From assembly GCA_048940645.1 (NCBI GenBank), contig JBHLOI010000030.1, forward strand, positions 1-44,761: a DNA stretch of 44,761 bases, in the 5' to 3' direction. Position numbers and translations under genes: made by a program. The DNA comes from Promethearchaeota archaeon. Its GTDB lineage: Archaea; Asgardarchaeota; Lokiarchaeia; Sigyniarchaeales; SOKP01. The notes beneath the pieces are model-generated. The model ran no database searches. It was not told the DNA's origin and worked only from the letters and a program-made list of their open reading frames with translations. Of the stretch, positions 37,779 through 44,761 are shown one piece after another; the first letter of the stretch is position 1, and each line of letters begins with the position of its first letter.

Positions 37779-38777
37779 ATGAGCGTAAGAGATTCGTTAA
37801 TTAAGCATTTAACCTCTATTTTAAGAGCCTCTCAAGGAACTATCTTAGTAATATTGTGTGATTTAAATGGTTTATCTATTGCAAAAATTGGAAGAAAGAG
37901 TGAAATTGAGATAAATCCAAATCAAATAACAAGTTTAGCATCAGCAGCTTTTTCTTCTAGTGAAGAAAATTGGGATGACATGAATATTAAAGATCAAGTA
38001 ATTTCTTTCTCTTATTTCGAAAAAATGTGTTTAATAACAATCAGAATAAATGAAACTCTTTTAACAATTGTACATGATTATCATAAAGAATGGCCGTTAG
38101 ATGCAGATAACCTCGCAAGCTCCATGTATTATTTAAAGCAAAAATTAGGAGAATTTTTCGGTTATAAGACAGAAAGTGAAGGCGATTTTGAACTTTTTTC
38201 TAATAAAGTTAGAAGTGCAATTTATTTATTCGGTATGGGTTCTGAAGTTCCATTTGTGTCTTATTCTCCTGAAAATTTTGACCAGACAAATTTGTTACCC
38301 GCAATTAGTTATGTTTTAGACTCATTAAAAAATCCCATCTTTATTAGATATAGTTTAGTAAGTCCAAATGGATTAACTTTGGATGCGCGAGAAGTTTCAG
38401 GACAGAAATTACCATTATCTGTTGAAGCTTTTTCTGCTAATGCGAATGTTGCCTTTCAAAAAATGAAAGAAGAATCAGAAGGAAGCTCAATTGGGGAACT
38501 TCTGAGTTATATTGCAATTTCAGGGAATGATCCTAATAATTTTTATGGAATTATTACCTGCCCATCAGGAACGTTAAAATATTCAGAAACAAAAACTAAT
38601 TTCAATATTCAAGAAATCTCATTCGTTGGACTTTTTACTTTGACTTATGGAGGGATTCCTATTATGTGTGAGTCTAGAAACATTATTTATTCAATATTAA
38701 ATATTATAGGATCAGAACCAATCACAGAAAATTTTATTAAATCTGTTAATGTTTTAACTAGTTCTCGATATGATTAA
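37779..38777 (+). CDS. Tandem roadblock/LC7-like domain protein
   Basis: Two repeats of the pattern (ILCDLNGLSIA...SLASAAF and SLVSPNGLTL...AFSANANVAF). Confidence 0.7.
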   Translation: MSVRDSLIKHLTSILRASQGTILVILCDLNGLSIAKIGRKSEIEINPNQITSLASAAFSSSEENWDDMNIKDQVISFSYFEKMCLITIRINETLLTIVHDYHKEWPLDADNLASSMYYLKQKLGEFFGYKTESEGDFELFSNKVRSAIYLFGMGSEVPFVSYSPENFDQTNLLPAISYVLDSLKNPIFIRYSLVSPNGLTLDAREVSGQKLPLSVEAFSANANVAFQKMKEESEGSSIGELLSYIAISGNDPNNFYGIITCPSGTLKYSETKTNFNIQEISFVGLFTLTYGGIPIMCESRNIIYSILNIIGSEPITENFIKSVNVLTSSRYD

Positions 38778-38812
38778 TTTATTAGTTAAAGCATTAAACC
38801 TTTAAAAAAAAA

Positions 38813-39268
38813 ATGAACCATTCAGAATTTATTACTCCAAATCTTTATTGCATCCATTTTAATGAGTGCGATCCAAAAAAATGCACTGCATTTAAATTAA
38901 AAAAGTTTAAACTTTTAAAATCAATAAGAAAAATACAAGGAAAATTAAAAAAAGCTATCCTTTTAAATCCATTTTCCCAAAAAACATTATTATCTTATGA
39001 TAGGGAAATAATTTTAAATTATGGTTTAATTGTAATTGATTGTTCATGGAAAACTATCTTAAATTTTGGAACCATAAAAAGTGAGAATAATAGAAAATTA
39101 CCTCCGCTCATTGCTAGTAATCCAATTAATTATGGGAAATGGGAAAAATTAAGTTCAGTTGAAGCTTTGGCTGCTGCCTTATATATTACTAATTTTAAAG
39201 AATATGCGGATTTCATCCTTTCAAAATTCTCTTGGGGTTTGGAATTTAAAAGAATAAATAAGTTTTAA
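38813..39268 (+). CDS. tsr3: 16S rRNA aminocarboxypropyltransferase Tsr3
   Basis: CDPKKCT..KL, IDCSW, R.LP.L.A.NPINYG...KLSSVEA.AAAL, F.WG..F...N. Confidence 0.95.
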   Translation: MNHSEFITPNLYCIHFNECDPKKCTAFKLKKFKLLKSIRKIQGKLKKAILLNPFSQKTLLSYDREIILNYGLIVIDCSWKTILNFGTIKSENNRKLPPLIASNPINYGKWEKLSSVEALAAALYITNFKEYADFILSKFSWGLEFKRINKF

Positions 39269-39321
39269 GCCGTTAATAAATGAATTACATATAAAAAAAT
39301 AATAAAATAATAAAAAAAATC

Positions 39322-40926
39322 TCAATCTTCGCTCTTTTTAGAAAGTCCTGATGCGGCTATAACATCGTCTATTTTTAAGATCATTGAAGCTACTTCAGTA
39401 GCAGATTGAATAGCTTGAGTTAATACGGATAGAGGCTCGAGAACTCCTAATTCCATCATATTATCTGGTTTACCAGAATCAATATTTACGCCATAATCAT
39501 TTCCATTCTCTGATTCATGTTTTGATCTCAATTCAACAAGTGCATCTACAGGATTATATCCTGCATTTTCAACTAAAGTTTTGGGAATAATTTCTAAAGC
39601 ATTTGCATATATTTCAATTGCTAATTGTTCTCTTCCACCGATTGAGCTGGCAAAGGATCTTAATCTTTTTGCTAACTCAATTTCTGCAGCTCCTCCTCCA
39701 GATAATACATATGGAACCTCCATTGCAGCTTTTACCACAGAAAGAGCATCATTTATCATTCTCTCCGCTTCATCAACTACATGTTCTATTCCTGCTCTAA
39801 TTAAAATACTCACTGCCTTGGGATCAGCACATTCAGAGACAAAAATCATATTATCATCTCCAATCTTTTTCTCTTCTACTTTTCCAGCTTTTCCAAGGTC
39901 ATTTTCAGATATCTCGAATAGATTATTCACAATTTTTGCATTAGTGGCTCTTGCTAATTTCTCCATATCTGATTTTTTCACTCTCCTAACTGTAATTATA
40001 TTATTCTGTGCAAGAAAATTTTGCGCTTTATCATCAACTCCTTTTTGACAGAAAACCACGTTAGCCCCGATCTCTTTTAATTTTTTTACCTTATTTTTTA
40101 ACATATTTGCTTCTTCTTCAAGGAATTTATTAATTTGATCTGGAGTTTGCACTCGTATTTCAGCATCAAATTCCGTTTTTTCTATCTCTAATGCTGAATT
40201 TATCAATGCTATATTTGCATTTCTAACGGATTTTGGCATCATTGGATGGACAACTTCTTTATCGACAATAATTCCATCAATTATATTTGAATCTAAAAGA
40301 CTTTTTCCTTCTTTTTTAATTATTTGAATTTGTTCTAAATCAATAAATATGTGTTCGCCCCTGTTTTCTTTGATTTGACTAACAGCTTTTACTGCTATGT
40401 CCGCAAAATGACTTTTTGCTCCAGCAATCAATTTACTATTCATTGAAGTCTCTGCAACCTTGTGAAGTGTCTTTTTGTCTTCAATATCTATCTCTGTTGC
40501 TAAATCTTTTAAAATAGCCTTGCTTTTTACTAATGCTTTTCTATATCCGCGAAATATAATTGTTGGATGAACTGCTTGTTCCATTAATTCTTGTGCCAAA
40601 CTTAATAATTCACCTGATATAATCACACTTGTAGTAGTACCATCTCCAACTTTATCATCTTGTGTTTTAGCCACTTCCACCATCATTTTTGCTGCAGGAT
40701 GTTCAACATCAATAGTATCCAAAATAGTTGCACCATCATTGGTTATTGTAACATCACCAAGAGAATCAACAAGCATTTTATCCATACCTTTTGGACCTAA
40801 AGTTGTTCTAACTGCTTCTGATACTGCTTTTGCCGCAGCGATATTATTCTTCTGGGCATCTTTACCCCTCTTTCTTTCAGTACCCTCCTTTAAAATAAGT
40901 ATAGGGACTCCGGATAGTTGAGCCAT
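39322..40926 (-). CDS. ths: Thermosome (group II chaperonin) subunit
   Basis: [32 protein letters not shown]. Confidence 0.98.
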   Translation of the reverse strand: MAQLSGVPILILKEGTERKRGKDAQKNNIAAAKAVSEAVRTTLGPKGMDKMLVDSLGDVTITNDGATILDTIDVEHPAAKMMVEVAKTQDDKVGDGTTTSVIISGELLSLAQELMEQAVHPTIIFRGYRKALVKSKAILKDLATEIDIEDKKTLHKVAETSMNSKLIAGAKSHFADIAVKAVSQIKENRGEHIFIDLEQIQIIKKEGKSLLDSNIIDGIIVDKEVVHPMMPKSVRNANIALINSALEIEKTEFDAEIRVQTPDQINKFLEEEANMLKNKVKKLKEIGANVVFCQKGVDDKAQNFLAQNNIITVRRVKKSDMEKLARATNAKIVNNLFEISENDLGKAGKVEEKKIGDDNMIFVSECADPKAVSILIRAGIEHVVDEAERMINDALSVVKAAMEVPYVLSGGGAAEIELAKRLRSFASSIGGREQLAIEIYANALEIIPKTLVENAGYNPVDALVELRSKHESENGNDYGVNIDSGKPDNMMELGVLEPLSVLTQAIQSATEVASMILKIDDVIAASGLSKKSED

Positions 40927-41141
40927 TTTAATTCACTCTTTTGTTATTATTAATTAGAAATATTAATTTATTATATAATGATCTCTAAGTCATAAAATTA
41001 AAAAAGTTTACGGAATTAAAACATAATATTTTTACGGCTAAAATGATATAAGGTAAAAAATTAAGTAATTGATATTTAACTTTTATAATATAACACAAAC
41101 TTTGAGAGTACTTTAAAAAACTCTTTTTATAAATAAGCTAG

Positions 41142-42848
41142 ATGTCTTTAATCTTTTTGATTCTAAGTTTATTTATTCTAATAATTAACATTTTTTACCG
41201 TATTTATAATAAAAAAGGGCGTTCTTCCAGAATTTTAAAAACTTTGATTTTAGGAATCTTTTTTGTGTCGATGTTTTTCTTTATATTTGAGATTATTTCT
41301 TTTATAGCAATCGATTCTAAATATATTTTAGAAAATTTTAATGATAATATTGAAGGAATTGCGCTTCTTAATTTATCAATTTTTTTTTTTGGAATCTCAA
41401 TCACAACTTATTTGATTAATTTCATAAGTCTAAATGAAAAAAATATAAGATTAGAATCTCCCTCGTATCGTAAAGCAAAAAAAGGAGAAATACAAATAGG
41501 TAAAGTAATAAGAAATTCTTCTAAAAAACATAAATTTTTACTTTCTCTAAAAGATCTTGAAAAGCATGTATTCATATGCGGATCAACCGGTAGCGGGAAA
41601 AGTAATTTCATGCAAAGTTTTTTGGTTAATTTTTACAAAAAGTATGATATTCCATTTTTTCTTGTTGAATTTAAAGGTGAATACCATTTCCTCCAAGAGA
41701 AAATAAAAGATATACTAATATTATGGCCTGGTGAAAATTTTTCTATTAATATTTTTAATCCAGAAGGTTCAAATCCGATTGTACATGCTGAGCGAATTTT
41801 TGATATTCTTAAAAGTGGGAATTTTTTAGATACCCCCTCATCCGACTATTCTCCTCAGATGGAAAAAGTTTTAGTTGAAATCTTAATAGAAGTATGTAAA
41901 AATAAAGATACTAGAAGTTGGAACGGATTTTTTAGAATTTGCGAGGAATTTTTGGATGAAAATAAAACATTAATACCAATGCTAAAGCAAACATTGATAA
42001 GTATTAAAAACCGAATTAGAAGATTTTCAAGTGGTCCATTAAGAAAAATCTTTGAATCACATAATGAATTATCGATAAAAAAATTGTTTTCAATGAATAT
42101 TATTCTTGATCTAAGCTCAATAATTCGCTTAGGAGGAGAAAAAGAAGATGCTTTCTTCTTCCTTAATATGATTTTGAAATATTTATGGGATTTGAATTTA
42201 ACTTCAGGATCAAGTAAATATAATGGAATTAAACACATAACGATTATTGAGGATGCTCAATATTTTGCTCCTCAAGATTATATAAAAAAATCTAAATTGA
42301 CAACTTATTTGGAAGATATTGCTCTTCTTCAAAGAGGCACTGGAGAATGCCTTATATCCTTAGCAACTAGACCAAATATTAGCAGTGAGATATTAGCAAA
42401 CTGTGGGGTATTAGTTTCATTTCAAAGCCATATGCAAAAAGATTTAATCCAAGAATTGTTAAATTTAGAAGAAGAGAAAAAAAAATATGTGTCTTTTTTA
42501 GATGAGGGACAATGTATCATTCGGATTAACTCAATAAAAGATCCATTTTTACTTTGGGTTCCCTATATTAAACGCAATCATCCAACTGTCTCTGAGATTG
42601 AAGAGAAAAACAAACAAATTTTGACTAAAGTAAAATTTAACAAGGAAAACATTGATGTTATAAAAAAAAGAAACTTAATTTTTAAAAAGATAAGAGTATT
42701 TATAAGAAAAGTGTTTCCAAAAATTATAAATTCAAACAATAATGAAGAGTTTGAGAATAAATTCTCCTCAAATAAAGAGATAGATGATCAAGAGATTTTT
42801 AAAGAGTTTATTAACAACTTATATGATTCACAAAAGAATAACAAATAA
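41142..42848 (+). CDS. Membrane-anchored HerA/VirB4/FtsK-clade ATPase (DUF87-like)
   Basis: About 3 N-terminal TM helices, KHVFICGSTGSGKS, EFKGEY, INIF, IIEDAQ, RG.G, ILANC. Confidence 0.8.
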   Translation: MSLIFLILSLFILIINIFYRIYNKKGRSSRILKTLILGIFFVSMFFFIFEIISFIAIDSKYILENFNDNIEGIALLNLSIFFFGISITTYLINFISLNEKNIRLESPSYRKAKKGEIQIGKVIRNSSKKHKFLLSLKDLEKHVFICGSTGSGKSNFMQSFLVNFYKKYDIPFFLVEFKGEYHFLQEKIKDILILWPGENFSINIFNPEGSNPIVHAERIFDILKSGNFLDTPSSDYSPQMEKVLVEILIEVCKNKDTRSWNGFFRICEEFLDENKTLIPMLKQTLISIKNRIRRFSSGPLRKIFESHNELSIKKLFSMNIILDLSSIIRLGGEKEDAFFFLNMILKYLWDLNLTSGSSKYNGIKHITIIEDAQYFAPQDYIKKSKLTTYLEDIALLQRGTGECLISLATRPNISSEILANCGVLVSFQSHMQKDLIQELLNLEEEKKKYVSFLDEGQCIIRINSIKDPFLLWVPYIKRNHPTVSEIEEKNKQILTKVKFNKENIDVIKKRNLIFKKIRVFIRKVFPKIINSNNNEEFENKFSSNKEIDDQEIFKEFINNLYDSQKNNK

Positions 42849-42880
42849 ATTTTAAGATTTAAAAATCTTATCTTAATTTA

Positions 42881-44092
42881 ATGACATTAATAATCGGTAT
42901 TATCGGAAAACCTAGTGCGGGTAAGTCAACCTTCTTAAATGCGGCTTGTATGACACATGCAAAGGTAAGTGAATTACCATTTACAACAATAGACCCTAAT
43001 AAAGGCATAGCTTATGTAAAAACAAATTGTATGTGCAAGAAATTAAATTTGAAAGATAACCCAAAAAATTCTATATGTATCGAAGGAAACCGTTTTATTC
43101 CTGTTAATTTGTTAGACGTAGCAGGATTAGTTCCAGATGCTCATAAAGGAAAAGGACTAGGAAATAAATTTTTAAATGATTTAAGTAAAGCAGATATATT
43201 AATCCATATTTTAGATATCTCTGGAGAGTTAGATAAGACTGGAAAAAGAATTATTCTCGGTGAAAATGATCCTTATGAAGATATTATATTTCTTGAAAAG
43301 GAGATAAATTTATGGTTTAAAGAAATTATAGAAAGAAGCGATTGGACGAAATTTATAAAATCCTATTCTCGAGAAAAAACAAAATTTATTGAAGCTTTAT
43401 ATAAAAGACTTTCTGGGGTAAAGGTTAAGAAAAAGCATATAATTCTAGCTATAAATAATTCTGGGCTTGAAAATAAAGATCCAATAAATTGGACTGATGA
43501 GGATTTATATGACTTTTCAAAAATAGTAAGAGAAAATTCAAAACCGATTTTAATAGTTGCTAATAAAATTGATAAACTAAATGGTTTAGAAAATTTAGTA
43601 AGGTTAAAAGAAAAGTATAATAACCCAATTATCCCTTGTAGTGCTTTAGCAGAATATGTCTTAAGGAAGTACCATGAAGATAAAGTTATTAAATATATTC
43701 CTGGTCTAAATAACTTTAAAATATTAAATCATGAGAAATTAAAACCTAAAGAATTAGAAACGTTAGAAAGAATTAGAGGTAAAATTCTTGGTGAATTAAG
43801 TGAGACTGGAGTTCAGAAAACTTTAAATCACGCTATTTTCAAAATCGCAAATCAAATATGTATTTTTCCAGTTTCCGATATCAACACTTTTACGGATCAC
43901 GATGACAATATATTACCCGATGTTTTTTTAGTTGAAAAAGGAACTACTTTAAAAGATTTTGTTCAACAAAAAATCCATACCGACTTAGCTGAGCATTTTA
44001 TGTTCGGGATAGATGCATTGACTAAAAAAAGACTAGGAGAAAATTATGAATTAAAACATAATGATGTAATAAAAATAGTTTCTAGTAGGTAA
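42881..44092 (+). CDS. YchF/Ygr210-related Obg-family GTPase
   Basis: GKPSAGKST, PFTTIDPN, DVAGLVP.AH.GKGLGNKFL, ANKID, C-terminal TGS domain (IHTDL). Confidence 0.94.
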   Translation: MTLIIGIIGKPSAGKSTFLNAACMTHAKVSELPFTTIDPNKGIAYVKTNCMCKKLNLKDNPKNSICIEGNRFIPVNLLDVAGLVPDAHKGKGLGNKFLNDLSKADILIHILDISGELDKTGKRIILGENDPYEDIIFLEKEINLWFKEIIERSDWTKFIKSYSREKTKFIEALYKRLSGVKVKKKHIILAINNSGLENKDPINWTDEDLYDFSKIVRENSKPILIVANKIDKLNGLENLVRLKEKYNNPIIPCSALAEYVLRKYHEDKVIKYIPGLNNFKILNHEKLKPKELETLERIRGKILGELSETGVQKTLNHAIFKIANQICIFPVSDINTFTDHDDNILPDVFLVEKGTTLKDFVQQKIHTDLAEHFMFGIDALTKKRLGENYELKHNDVIKIVSSR

Positions 44093-44096
44093 CTAA

Positions 44097-44255
44097 TTAT
44101 TCTTCCTTTGAAGACAATAGAATATATATTAAAATAATTATTAGTAATACAATTCCTAAGATAATAACAAAAAAATTAAAAAATTCTTGATCTGGAGTTA
44201 ATGCTTGAAAAAGAAATAATACAAAAAATCCAATTACATTTAAAAATCTCATCAT
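44097..44255 (-). CDS. Small membrane protein (52 aa, absent from the ORF track)
   Basis: Hand translation MMRFLNVIGFFVLFLFQALTPDQEFFNFFVIILGIVLLIIILIYILLSSKEE*. Confidence 0.5.
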   Translation of the reverse strand: MMRFLNVIGFFVLFLFQALTPDQEFFNFFVIILGIVLLIIILIYILLSSKEE

Positions 44256-44342
44256 AATTTCATTAATAAAAAATCTATAACTTTACTTAAATTTATTTGA
44301 TTAAGTTTGAAATCTAAATTAAATTTTGAATAAATAATAAAG

Positions 44343-44444
44343 TGGACCTGACGGGAATTGAACCCGTGACCTCTTGAGTGCAAGTCAAGCATAAAATTAA
44401 TTTGTTAAACACAAAATAATGATCTTCCGCTGATCTACAGGCCC
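44343..44444 (-). tRNA. tRNA-Ala(TGC) with a 30-nt intron (44391-44420) at about 25/26
   Basis: GGGCCTG/CAGGTCC acceptor stem with G3:U70, CTTGA CTTGCAC TCAAG anticodon arm, ACGGG TTCAATT CCCGT T-arm. Confidence 0.92.
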
Positions 44445-44605
44445 GTATTTTTCTTATTTATATTTAGTTCTATACGTTTTATTTCTTAAATTTTTTATTA
44501 TTTTTAGAATATATTAACAATTTTTATCTTTTTGAAATTATTTCAATAGCTTCTTAATTATTCAAAAAAAAGAATGAGTTAAATAAGAACTCTAGAAATA
44601 ATAAA

Positions 44606-44761
<156 letters not shown>

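Noticed and set aside
36980-37780. Integrated element or att site at the tRNA cluster and the other tRNAs
   Set aside because: No integrase or transposase and no duplicated tRNA 3' ends were seen; the flanking genes look chromosomal.
3992-42238. Antisense or nested ORFs in the track (e.g. 3992-4273, 6943-7200, 16787-17296, 24410-24656, 33400-33849, 39581-40048, 41855-42238)
   Set aside because: They are shadows of better-supported genes on the opposite strand and lack recognisable motifs.

Overview
AT-rich core chromosomal segment of an Asgard archaeon, most likely Lokiarchaeia/Promethearchaeota. The taxonomic call rests on a Loki-type profilin, a Rab-like GTPase, a tandem roadblock protein, Get3, a RING-like protein and a supersized ES9 in the 23S rRNA. 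The window starts inside the 23S rRNA gene and ends inside the 16S rRNA gene, both on the minus strand. The 16S-tRNA(Ala) block is separated from the 23S gene by about 42 kb of protein genes. These cover translation and ribosome biogenesis (aRF1, aIF2-beta, aIF1, NMD3-RIO1, Pno1, Tsr3, YchF-like), transcription (TFB, Rpo12), RPA subunits, FtsZ, thermosome, proteasome chaperones, CoA and methanofuran enzymes, and tRNA thiolation. There are six tRNA genes, five of which carry a total of eight BHB-type introns, seven at non-canonical positions. The most notable observations are: (1) the start-codon fidelity factor aIF1/SUI1 has no usable ATG/GTG/TTG start and seems to begin at AUU, overlapped by a tiny upstream ORF, which suggests autoregulation; (2) a tRNA-Asn intron at about 63/64 in the T-stem; (3) a profilin with an extra C-terminal helical domain; (4) an in-frame NMD3-RIO1 fusion with an internal SD+TTG; (5) a tRNA-Glu with C33. 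No mobile elements or CRISPR arrays were seen. All calls were made by eye, without database searches.
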